NCBI GenBank assembly: GCA_047971315.1
Contig: JBKDZP010000004.1
Coordinates: 5,466 to 69,465 of the forward strand
Source: Bacilli bacterium
GTDB lineage: Bacteria > Bacillota_I > Bacilli_A > RF39 > UBA660
Length of the DNA stretch: 64,000 nucleotides
Reading direction: 5' to 3'
Below, one piece after another: positions 28,856 to 37,851 of this stretch. The notes under the pieces are model-generated. The model ran no database searches and was not told where the DNA came from. It saw nothing but the letters and a program-made list of their open reading frames with translations. Every line of letters starts with the position of its first letter. Position 1 is the stretch's first letter. A program made the translations under genes and the position numbers.

Positions 28856-29232
28856 ATAGTGTGATTTTTATTTTTTATAAATTCAGTTAGAATTTTAGTT
28901 AATGCTCTTTTTTCTATTCTAGATACATAACTTCTTGATATTCCTAATTTTTTAGCAATTTCTTTTTGAGTTACCTCTTTTTGATTTTCTAAACCATATC
29001 TATTTATAATTATTTCTTTTTCTCTATCATTTAAAATACTTAAATATTTTTTTAGATAATTAATATTATTTTGATTATGTATATCCAAAGCAAAATCTGG
29101 ATTTGGAGTTTTTAATATATCTAATAATGAAATTTCATTACCTTCTTTATCAAAACCAATTGAATCATTTAGACTAATATTTTTACTGTTTTTTTTATCA
29201 CTTCTAAAATACATTAATATTTCATTTGCTAT
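28852..29232 (-). CDS. sigK: 3' segment of a split sigK gene (spoIIIC-like; SigK regions 3-4). The in-frame upstream part of the ORF table entry (to 29319) is element sequence.
   Basis: [18 protein letters not shown]...[45 protein letters not shown] is near-identical in pattern to B. subtilis SigK ([18 protein letters not shown] ... LDDREKEVI..RFGL...[26 protein letters not shown]). Confidence 0.8.
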   Translation of the reverse strand: [126 protein letters not shown]

Positions 29233-30931
29233 CTTCGCATTGTGGAACAAATTTCTTTTCGCTTGTATTATTTTCACCGTCATTTTCATTAAAAAAATTA
29301 ATGAATAATGTTTCTCCATCAGTTTTAACTGAATGTATTAAAGCTCTAAGTAATGTTCTTTTTATTTCTAATGATAAGCTATCAAAAGTAGTAAAGTATG
29401 TATTAATGATATTTAATATAATTTCAGCTTGTGTCTCGTCTAATATATTACTATTAGAACTACTATTTTTAACCTCATTAATTTTAATATATATTTCTTT
29501 GTTTTTATCTTTTAGTTCTTTAATTTGTATATTGACTCGATTTAAAGCTTCACCGTCCAAATATAGTATTTTGCTAATGTAATTTTGAATTTCTTCTTCA
29601 TTTTGTTTATATGTTTTTTCAAAAAGTCTTAACTCCATAATATTTTTATCTTCTTCTTTATATTTTCCTTTGGACATATCAATAAGTTTTTTATAAACTT
29701 TTCCTGTAGGTGCAATAAGTTCTTTTACAGTATTCATAACTAGACTATCAACTTCATTACCACTAACATTAGGACATGTACATTTAGATTTACGACTTTT
29801 TTCTTTTAGTTCACACATATAATTAAAAACTAATTGACCTTCTTTATTAGTATAGTTTTTTAATTTAGGACGCATATAAGAACCACAATGAGAGCAACGA
29901 ATTAAACCAGATAGTAAAGCGTTATTTTTAGTCGGCTTTCTGTATCGTTTGTTTCCGTTTTGTTCAATTAATTCTTGAATTTCAATCCATTCTTTACCTG
30001 ATATGATTCCTTTATGCATACCAACAGAGATAATCCAGTCTTGGATATCGCGTTCATTAGTCGTTTTTCCTTTAATTTGCTCTGTTTTATTATAAACCAT
30101 TAATCCATATTTACCATTAAATTTATCTTCGTCTGCATATATTTCTACACCTAATTCTAAAAAATAATTATAAATATCTTTATCGGCAACAACATATACA
30201 GGATTTTGTAAAATATTTTTAATAGCAAACCTAGAAAAATCTATATTATTTTTAGTTTTTATATCATGTTGTATAAGATAAGTTTCTAATTTAGTTTGCG
30301 ATTTTAACTCTTTGTATTTTATATATATATTTTTAATAATATCAATTTCATCTTTTATAGGTGTTAATTTAAATAAACTTCTTTCTTTACCATCAATACT
30401 TATGTTTTTAACTTTCTCTGATTTAAAGCCTGTTGGAGTAGTACCACCAAGCCATCTACCAGTTTTTGCTAACTCTAACATATTATCACGGATTCTTTCT
30501 GCAATAGTATCTCGTTCTAATTGAGCAAAAACGCTAGCTATCATTAACATTGCTGTTCCTAATGGAGTAGAGGTGTCAAAATTCTCTGTTATTGAAATAA
30601 AGCTAACATCATATTGTTGTAGTGTATCTTTCATATTCGCAAAGTCAGACACATTACGACTTATTCTATCTAACTTGTAACAACATACACCTTTTATTTT
30701 TTTATTTTTAATATCATTAATCATAGATTGAAACTGTGGTCTTCTAGTATTATATCCCGTAAAGCCTTCATCTTCATATACCACAACTTCTTTTTCAATA
30801 TCTTCTATATTATATTTATATTGTAGGTGCTTTTTGCAAAGTTCTACTTGATTACCAACGCTATCTCCTTTGCCAGTAAATTTAGATTTTCTAGAGTATA
30901 TAGCCCATTTTTTGTTATTATCTTTATTCAT
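29222..30931 (-). CDS. Large serine recombinase (SpoIVCA-like) of the sigK intervening element.
   Basis: 569 aa. N-terminal resolvase domain (AIYSRKSKFTGKGDSVGNQ), a recombinase domain, and a zinc ribbon (CSHCGSYMRP...CELKEKSRKSKCTC). Its stop codon lies inside the recombination core at the element/sigK junction. Confidence 0.85.
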   Translation of the reverse strand: MNKDNNKKWAIYSRKSKFTGKGDSVGNQVELCKKHLQYKYNIEDIEKEVVVYEDEGFTGYNTRRPQFQSMINDIKNKKIKGVCCYKLDRISRNVSDFANMKDTLQQYDVSFISITENFDTSTPLGTAMLMIASVFAQLERDTIAERIRDNMLELAKTGRWLGGTTPTGFKSEKVKNISIDGKERSLFKLTPIKDEIDIIKNIYIKYKELKSQTKLETYLIQHDIKTKNNIDFSRFAIKNILQNPVYVVADKDIYNYFLELGVEIYADEDKFNGKYGLMVYNKTEQIKGKTTNERDIQDWIISVGMHKGIISGKEWIEIQELIEQNGNKRYRKPTKNNALLSGLIRCSHCGSYMRPKLKNYTNKEGQLVFNYMCELKEKSRKSKCTCPNVSGNEVDSLVMNTVKELIAPTGKVYKKLIDMSKGKYKEEDKNIMELRLFEKTYKQNEEEIQNYISKILYLDGEALNRVNIQIKELKDKNKEIYIKINEVKNSSSNSNILDETQAEIILNIINTYFTTFDSLSLEIKRTLLRALIHSVKTDGETLFINFFNENDGENNTSEKKFVPQCEDSK

Positions 30932-31117
30932 AAAAACATCTCCGTTCCTTTATGTGTATATTATAAATATATTATAACATAAAAACAACTATTATAATGA
31001 CTATTTTTATAAAACCCGAAAAATATAATATATTAATCCTTAAAAGATTTTATGTTATCAAAATATCAATTATACTTGGTGGTTGAAGAACTAAAAAAGC
31101 ACAATTTACATTGTACT

Positions 31118-32230
31118 TTAAAAGAAATCAATTATTGATGAAATATTAATAGTATCCAAATTATTTGCTTTAATAAATACTTTTAATGCTTTATCCTCAA
31201 CTTCTTTTAATATTATATTATAAGTTATACCATTATCTAACTTTGGAGCATAGAAACACGCAAAATCTCCAGACATAAAACCTAAATGATTATTATCTTT
31301 ATCAAGAACCTTAATGGCGTTTTTATCATATTGATTGTTATTGTCTCGTTCAAGATATAATTCATCATCAATTAACAGCTTTGAAACATGTTGTGCTCGC
31401 TCTTTAAAAGTTATCCCTACAACAGTTATAATATTGCTCATAATATTAATTTTTTCATTTTCCCAGTTAGGAATAATACTGCTGTATTTTTTATTTAACA
31501 AATAATATATATCACTATCAATTATTATTAATTTTTCGTTCGGAAATTTTTCTAAAAACAACTTTGTATTTTGCAAACTTCTATAATCAATATGTCCTTT
31601 TACTTCAATAAGTGTTTTGTTTTTTAAAATAAAGTCAGGTACATATAACTGTGAGGCATATAGATAGCTAGAGTTTTTAGAATCTAATTGAAATCCATCA
31701 GTTTCATACTCAAACTCAATATTTAAATGCTTTAAAGTTCTAGCTACATTTGCTTCCCATGATGAACGAACTTCCATCTGTAAATCATCTCTAAATTCAT
31801 TTTTAAACTGTTGACTATAATTGTTTTCTTCATGATTAGTTAAAGCATTATCTAAATTTTTATCATTTACAGTTTCCTTATCTTTTTTAACTAAATTATT
31901 AATAAACTCGTCATTGTCTTCTGGCCACTTTGAATAACTACAATTAGGAAATGTTGAGCATCCATAAAAGTATTCATTAGTTTTTGTTTTCTTTACTAAC
32001 AAATCATTTCCACACTCTGGACATTTTCCAAACACTATATTACTATTGTCGTTTTCTTTTTCAATATATTTACAATTAGGATAATTAGAGCAACTGGTAA
32101 ATTCTCCAAATCTACCACGTCTTCTGACTAAATCATTTCCACATTTAGGACATTTCCCTACAATGATAGGCTTACTCTCTATATTAGTTTTATGAATATT
32201 AGTTAATTTCATAAAAGCACCTCCATACAA
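31118..32230 (-). CDS. Fusion protein: two TopoIA-type zinc ribbons, a PD-(D/E)xK-like nuclease and a C-terminal HIRAN domain.
   Basis: Two CPxCG...C..C ribbons (CPKCGNDL..CSNYPNC and CPECGNDL..CSTFPNC). A middle YVPDFILKNKTLIEVKGH region is D...ExK-like. The C-terminus reads VVGITFKER...YDKNAIKVLDKDNNHLGFMSGDFACFYAPKLDNG, a HIRAN pattern. Confidence 0.5.
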   Translation of the reverse strand: MYGGAFMKLTNIHKTNIESKPIIVGKCPKCGNDLVRRRGRFGEFTSCSNYPNCKYIEKENDNSNIVFGKCPECGNDLLVKKTKTNEYFYGCSTFPNCSYSKWPEDNDEFINNLVKKDKETVNDKNLDNALTNHEENNYSQQFKNEFRDDLQMEVRSSWEANVARTLKHLNIEFEYETDGFQLDSKNSSYLYASQLYVPDFILKNKTLIEVKGHIDYRSLQNTKLFLEKFPNEKLIIIDSDIYYLLNKKYSSIIPNWENEKINIMSNIITVVGITFKERAQHVSKLLIDDELYLERDNNNQYDKNAIKVLDKDNNHLGFMSGDFACFYAPKLDNGITYNIILKEVEDKALKVFIKANNLDTINISSIIDFF

Positions 32231-32302
32231 ATATATTATACCATAACTTACTCGAATAGAGTAATACTAATTTTTTCAATAAATGAGAAAATATAAATAG
32301 AT

Positions 32303-32551
32303 ATGTGTGGTGATAAAATGTTTGATAGAACTAATGAAAATTTTGTATATGAATTAGTTAGCAAGAATATTAAAAAGCAACGACAGTTAAAAGGTTGGAC
32401 TCAAGAAGAGTTGGCTGATAAGATAAATTATTCTACTCAGTTTATTTCTAATATTGAAAGCAAAAACCTTCAAACGTTTTCACTGGGAACACTATGGAGA
32501 ATAGCGCTAGTATTAGAAGTTGATATTGCTACTTTTTTTCAAGAAGATTAA
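32303..32551 (+). CDS. XRE-family HTH transcriptional regulator (Cro/cI-like).
   Basis: LVSKNIKKQRQLKGWTQEELADKINYSTQFISNIE is an HTH_3 motif. Confidence 0.7.
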   Translation: MCGDKMFDRTNENFVYELVSKNIKKQRQLKGWTQEELADKINYSTQFISNIESKNLQTFSLGTLWRIALVLEVDIATFFQED

Positions 32552-32691
32552 TTCTTCTTTTTTTGTAAGAAGAAAGCAAAAATTCTTTTGCTTCCGAGGT
32601 TTATACTAAAAAATATGGATTTTCAGTTGTAAAATACCCCTATATATTGTAAAAATATATAATTATACATTATATTATGTTCAGGTAAAAA

Positions 32692-33657
32692 TTACTTACT
32701 ATTCTTTAACACATCTTTCTTCTTGGATGTGTTTTTTTCATGTATTTGTCTAACTTTATTTCGATAGTTAATCATTTTAGCTGTGTTAGCTTCTTCTTCT
32801 TTTTTACGTTCTTCATAATCAAGCTTAGCACTAAGATTCATTTTAGTATATTCTTTAGGGGATAAAATATCAGGTTGTTCATAGTTATTAATAGTATTTG
32901 CTAATTGTGCATTATCAATCTCTTGTTTCTTTTTTTCAGAGTATTCAATCCATTTTACAATATCTTTTGATTTTCTGATTCTTTTCATTAACTTTTGAAA
33001 AGCGAGCATTGCCTTAAGTTCATATAATTGCTCATCTTCATCATTGTAGAAACAATTATCAAGCATGGTTTTAGCCTCACATATTTCCTCACCTTTATCA
33101 TTAAAAAAACTCTGTGTTTCATTGATAAAATATTTATCATCAATGTATGGATTTTCTTTACTAGGATAAACCATATAAGAAAGTATGTCCCTTAATATGT
33201 TTTCATCTACACTTGATATTAAAGTGTTATAGAAAACTAAAGCACTATTTTCATGACTATTAATAAGACCACCATTGGGAACTGGTTTTGAACTGTTGAA
33301 TCTGCCATTAAATCTGTTAACGTTTTCTGCCATCATGACTCTAGCTTGTTTATTTAATAAACTCTCACCATTAGTTAAACTACTTTTATAATCAATCCCT
33401 AAAACATCTTTAACATCCAAGTCATAGGTTGTAATCATTGAAATTAAGTAACTAAAATTTTGTATACCTTTACCGCTCTCGTAATTTTTGATTGTTGTTT
33501 TAGAACAACCTAGAATCCTAGACACTTCTGTTTTTGTTAAACCTTTTCTGTCTCTTGCACTTTCTAAAGTCTTTCCTATTAATTTAGTATCCATAATTAT
33601 ACCTCCATCAAGTCCAATTTTGTGGATTATTATTATAACAATCCACAAAATCAACAC
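32692..33657 (-). CDS. XRE-family HTH regulator with a long C-terminal domain (repressor-like).
   Basis: N-terminal HTH (LIGKTLESARDRKGLTKTEVSRILGCSKTTIKNYESG) plus about 230 aa of unknown C-terminal domain. Confidence 0.55.
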   Translation of the reverse strand: MLILWIVIIIIHKIGLDGGIIMDTKLIGKTLESARDRKGLTKTEVSRILGCSKTTIKNYESGKGIQNFSYLISMITTYDLDVKDVLGIDYKSSLTNGESLLNKQARVMMAENVNRFNGRFNSSKPVPNGGLINSHENSALVFYNTLISSVDENILRDILSYMVYPSKENPYIDDKYFINETQSFFNDKGEEICEAKTMLDNCFYNDEDEQLYELKAMLAFQKLMKRIRKSKDIVKWIEYSEKKKQEIDNAQLANTINNYEQPDILSPKEYTKMNLSAKLDYEERKKEEEANTAKMINYRNKVRQIHEKNTSKKKDVLKNSK

Positions 33658-33900
33658 TTTTTATAACATAATTGTATCACAAACTTTTATATATTAAAAT
33701 CTTATCAGTTGCCGATAATGTAATTGTTAGCAACTGTGGATATATAGATACTGTAGTAATTAAGAATAGAAAACTAAATAATGATTTATGTGCTTAGAAT
33801 CGTTATTTATAAGCATTTTTCTAATTTTAATATAGGTATCTATAAATTCCTATATCTTCATGAAGAATATATGTATTTTTACCTATAAGGAGGTGTTTTA

Positions 33901-34398
33901 GTGGCAAGGATGTTGTTTGATAAAGATACTGGTGAATTAATTGGCGAGTTTGATGATAACCAAATTATCATGTCCTATGATATCAATAATTTACGTAGAG
34001 GACATTTAAACAAGAAACTATTCTATAAGTTTTATGTTGATTCGGTTAATATCTTTACAAGTGGATTATTAACTTTACCGGTTGTAAACACATTTTTCAA
34101 TTTAATTAAACACCTTAATATGAATATGAATGAATTTGTGTCATTCAACGGAATGCCTGCCAATATAGAACAAATTGCAACTAAGTTTGACGTTAGTAGA
34201 AAAACAATTTCTAATCATTTAAAGATGTTAGAAAAACATGATATGGTACGAAAAGTGAAAGTTGGTAGGCAACGACATATTTTAATTAACCCATATTTTA
34301 TTAGTTATGGAAATAACAACACAGATGAATCACTAACAATATTTTCTAATACAATTTGGGCGAAAACTACGTTTAAAAGAAGGAGAAAAATAAGATGA
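33901..34398 (+). CDS. RepL-like winged-helix replication/maintenance protein.
   Basis: 165 aa. The stretch NEFVSFNGMPANIEQIATKFDVSRKTISNHLKMLEKHDMVRKVKVGRQRHILINPYFISYGNN parallels the pSN2 RepL segment NNTMIATTREIAKATGTSLQTVITTLKILEEGNIIKRKTGVLMLNPELLMRG. Confidence 0.45.
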   Translation: MARMLFDKDTGELIGEFDDNQIIMSYDINNLRRGHLNKKLFYKFYVDSVNIFTSGLLTLPVVNTFFNLIKHLNMNMNEFVSFNGMPANIEQIATKFDVSRKTISNHLKMLEKHDMVRKVKVGRQRHILINPYFISYGNNNTDESLTIFSNTIWAKTTFKRRRKIR

Positions 34399-34676
34399 AA
34401 AATATAAAAAAGGCAATAATGCTTTTAACTAGAATAATGACCGATTTTGATTGGCAGGATGGAATAATTGAGAAAAATGGAAAAGCAATAAGTATTTCAA
34501 AAATAAGGGAGTATTTTCAATCAAATGGTAGTTTTTTTTATCAATCGATTAGACTTTTAGAAAATAATGGTTTTTGTAAAAGAAAAAGATTTGATGGAAA
34601 AGAAAAATACTTGATATTAGATAATCGTTTATTGTATCGTTTTCAAACAATGATTAGTGGTGAAAATGATGAGTAA
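34395..34676 (+). CDS. Hypothetical protein.
   Basis: A 93-aa ORF coupled to its neighbours. Confidence 0.3.
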   Translation: MKNIKKAIMLLTRIMTDFDWQDGIIEKNGKAISISKIREYFQSNGSFFYQSIRLLENNGFCKRKRFDGKEKYLILDNRLLYRFQTMISGENDE

Positions 34677-34905
34677 GTTTCACGTTAAGATAGAAGAACA
34701 AGAATCTTGGACTTTCTATGATTATGAAAATAAAACTGTCTCAATATGGACAAATCGTCCTAGTTGTGCAAGAAGAATATCGAAAGTCTTAGGCGAACCT
34801 GATGGAGGAATATCACCGTGGGCTAGTTGGCTTATTTCATTCGATGATAAAGTCACTATTAGAAAAGCATCAGCAATTAATAATTTTTTGCCATTATCCA
34901 AATAA
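34657..34905 (+). CDS. Hypothetical protein.
   Basis: An 82-aa ORF overlapping the upstream stop. Confidence 0.3.
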   Translation: MVKMMSKFHVKIEEQESWTFYDYENKTVSIWTNRPSCARRISKVLGEPDGGISPWASWLISFDDKVTIRKASAINNFLPLSK

Positions 34906-34945
34906 ATTAAGTTTAGTTTCATAAACTTTATTAGGAGGGATTGCT

Positions 34946-35131
34946 TTGAAAGTGGTGGTAAACTTACCTTTTGAAGAAGACGATAAAAACATTTTCGAAG
35001 ATAAGATTGCTACTTTTCATGCAACCTTACTTCTAGAAACAATAGATAAACTAGATATCAATAATCAAAACAAGAAAATAATTTTAAATCATATTCTTAA
35101 TAAACTTAAAGAATTAAATTTAAATAATTAA
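34946..35131 (+). CDS. Hypothetical small protein.
   Basis: 61-aa ORF. A terminator hairpin (CCTATAT/ATATAGG + T-run) follows at 35138-35168. Confidence 0.3.
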   Translation: MKVVVNLPFEEDDKNIFEDKIATFHATLLLETIDKLDINNQNKKIILNHILNKLKELNLNN

Positions 35132-35201
35132 AAATAAGCGCCTATATTGTTAGATATAGGTGTTTTTTGATGATATAATGTATATATATGGGGTGATAAT
35201 A

Positions 35202-36581
35202 TTGAAAAAGAATGTGGAACATGGAGTCGTTAAATATAAAGACAAAGATTATACTTACTCTTATAAAGATAATATTATTACACTGACGCCAAAAGAATTA
35301 GAACCATATTGGCAAAGTATGTTTAAAAAATTTAAGAGAGAAGAAAAAGAAGAAAATGTTTATGGAATAACTAATTCAAACTTCCCAGTAGCATTTATAA
35401 AACTTAATTTAATAGATATAGGTGGCGGAGTTTTGCAAGCTTTTGTTCCTGCATACATTGTTGCAAACGCAAATACAGTATCGCCATTACCAGAAATAAA
35501 TAATTTTAAATCAATGACTTTTTATGGTGATTGCATTAATTCTTTATATAATCCTAAACAAATGATTAAGGATTCAGATGTAACAAAAAAATACAAGCCT
35601 TATATGAAATTTAAACATCCTAAAGAAGTTATAAAAAACATACTAGTTAACAAACTTGACTTCATATTTAGGATTACATGGGAGTTTCCTATTAAAGATA
35701 AAGTACCTGCTGTGCTTTTAAAGTCTTTGTTAGAAATAAAGTTTGATAGTAAAAAAACTATTGATGAAATTATAGAATACTATCAGCAAGTTAAAATGCT
35801 GTTTAGTTTCATTAATAATAGGCACTATATAGAATTTTCAGACATATTATTAAAAGCTGATATGTTTGTTGAAGACTTTCCTGATAAAAAAGTTAGAAAT
35901 GTTGGAGTAAGCTATAATTTATATATTATTCTTCCAAAAGATGTTAAAGTTGATTTACCTAATTCAATATATGAAACAAGGTTGAATAAGATTGAAAATC
36001 AATTTGAGAATTTATTTAATACTTTAAATAAATGTGGTGGTTATAATTTACATTTTCCAGATAATCAATATGATGAAGACCACGTTGATATAGATAAATT
36101 TTTAAGAGTTGCATCCGCATTTGAATCATGGTTTGATATTAATTTTGATGACTTCAAATCTGATACTGACTTATTATATAAAATTTTAAAAAATGATGTG
36201 CTAAAATTTATTGCAGAAAGAGGAAAAAATACAAATGCCACTGGTAGAGACTATTTAAAACGTTTTAAGAATGAAATAGAACGTCAGGAGGGTACTTTGT
36301 TAGAGCAATTGTTGTATTCATATCAAATCTTTGAAAATTGTGTCAAAAAGGTTAAAGAACGAATATATAGGCATTATAATTTAGATGATGTAAAAATAAA
36401 TGATATCTTTCTAGCTTTAGCAAAAAAAAGAAATCGCTTATCGCATGGCGATATAAACGATTTAGGATTTTCAAAAGAAGAGATAGTTGCATTTATAATT
36501 TTAGAGAGATTAATTCAATGTTTAATATATTATAAGGCAGAATTTAGCTTAGATTCAATAAGCGAAATAGTTGATAAATAG
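35202..36581 (+). CDS. HEPN-domain abortive-infection-like protein (ApeA-like N-region plus a C-terminal Rx4H HEPN motif). The TTG start at 35202 is favoured over the table's ATG at 35160.
   Basis: GGGTGA lies 5 nt before TTG. The ATG at 35160 sits inside a TGATATAAT extended -10 element (35171-35179). The C-terminus LAKKRNRLSHGDINDL carries the R-x4-H HEPN catalytic signature, as in Abi_2 (AbiD/AbiF) and ApeA-HEPN proteins. Confidence 0.5.
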   Translation: MKKNVEHGVVKYKDKDYTYSYKDNIITLTPKELEPYWQSMFKKFKREEKEENVYGITNSNFPVAFIKLNLIDIGGGVLQAFVPAYIVANANTVSPLPEINNFKSMTFYGDCINSLYNPKQMIKDSDVTKKYKPYMKFKHPKEVIKNILVNKLDFIFRITWEFPIKDKVPAVLLKSLLEIKFDSKKTIDEIIEYYQQVKMLFSFINNRHYIEFSDILLKADMFVEDFPDKKVRNVGVSYNLYIILPKDVKVDLPNSIYETRLNKIENQFENLFNTLNKCGGYNLHFPDNQYDEDHVDIDKFLRVASAFESWFDINFDDFKSDTDLLYKILKNDVLKFIAERGKNTNATGRDYLKRFKNEIERQEGTLLEQLLYSYQIFENCVKKVKERIYRHYNLDDVKINDIFLALAKKRNRLSHGDINDLGFSKEEIVAFIILERLIQCLIYYKAEFSLDSISEIVDK

Positions 36582-36586
36582 GAGGA

Positions 36587-37729
36587 ATGACTATGATTAT
36601 ATATAATTTAATGGACATAGCAAGGAAACTTAAAATTGATTTTGATGGAATTACTTCAAAAATTGAGCATAATGGTCAAAAAGGTGATACTCGAGAAGAA
36701 TTGTTAAAAGAAAGTCTAGCGCAATTTATACCACAAAAATATAGTATAGGAAATGGAATAATAGTAGATAGCAATTTGGTTCAGAGTAAGCAACAAGATT
36801 TTATTATCTATGACGGATTTAATAGTCCTCTTATGTTGAAAAAGCAATCAATGCAAGTTGTACCAATCGAGAGTGTATATTGCACAATCGAAATAAAGTC
36901 TACATTAACAAAAACCGAATTAGAAAAGTGTGTAGCTAATATTAAAAGTGTTAGAGAATTAGAAAAAGTTTGTTTACAAACATCAGCTATCGTATATGAA
37001 AACGCAAATAATACTATTGGATTTGTTTTTGCCTATACTTCTGATAGTTCTTTAGACACAATTTATGAAAATTTAGTAGAAATGAATAAATTGATAGAGC
37101 CACATCACCAAATCAGTGGAATATGCATTTTAGATAAGGGATTAATATTAAACGTTTCTAAAAATGGAATGAATCAATTAGAATTATATCCAAATAAAAA
37201 TAGTACTCTATGTTGTTCTGATAATCCTTTAGAAAATAATTTGTATTTGTTTTATTTATTAATACTTCAGCATTTAAATATTTCAAAATTATTGCCACCA
37301 GATTTAATTAAATATGCCGAGAAACAAAATGCGTTTAATATTAGGTCACATATGAAAATAGAATTATTACCAGATGATGGAAAAGTAAATATAATGGATG
37401 GTTTAACTTTTGATGTGAAAGATGTAAAAAAAATAAATGAAATACATTCACGAATGACACCCTTTTTTAATGGTAATTGTAGTGAGCAAGAAACTGAAAA
37501 GCATCTTGTTGAAAATATAATTCCTATGCTTGAAACATTTAGTAAGTACCAAACCGTTGGCGGTGTTATAGGAGGTAATAATAATGAACCAATTTTACCT
37601 TCTGATTTTGAATTTATCAAAACAACTTATTGTAAAAAAACGAATAATGAAAAAATAACCGAGGAAGAATTGGTAAAATATAATAACTTAATTACATCAT
37701 TTGTTTCAAAAAAAGATTCAACGAATTAA
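36587..37729 (+). CDS. PD-(D/E)xK nuclease-like protein (possibly DUF6602-like), co-operonic with the HEPN gene.
   Basis: 5-bp gap to the upstream gene. The N-terminus reads GDTREELLKESLAQFIPQKYSIGNGIIVDSNLVQSKQQDFIIYD...VVPIESVYCTIEIKSTL, which gives the D...E-x-K restriction-endonuclease-fold signature. Confidence 0.4.
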   Translation: MTMIIYNLMDIARKLKIDFDGITSKIEHNGQKGDTREELLKESLAQFIPQKYSIGNGIIVDSNLVQSKQQDFIIYDGFNSPLMLKKQSMQVVPIESVYCTIEIKSTLTKTELEKCVANIKSVRELEKVCLQTSAIVYENANNTIGFVFAYTSDSSLDTIYENLVEMNKLIEPHHQISGICILDKGLILNVSKNGMNQLELYPNKNSTLCCSDNPLENNLYLFYLLILQHLNISKLLPPDLIKYAEKQNAFNIRSHMKIELLPDDGKVNIMDGLTFDVKDVKKINEIHSRMTPFFNGNCSEQETEKHLVENIIPMLETFSKYQTVGGVIGGNNNEPILPSDFEFIKTTYCKKTNNEKITEEELVKYNNLITSFVSKKDSTN

Positions 37730-37851
37730 ATTTCTTGAATTTTTTTAATATACTTATGATACTACATTTCAAATAATTGAAAATAAAAAATATTATTTTT
37801 ACATGCAGACATTTTAAATGATATAATATTCTTAGTAAAGTAAGGTGAATT

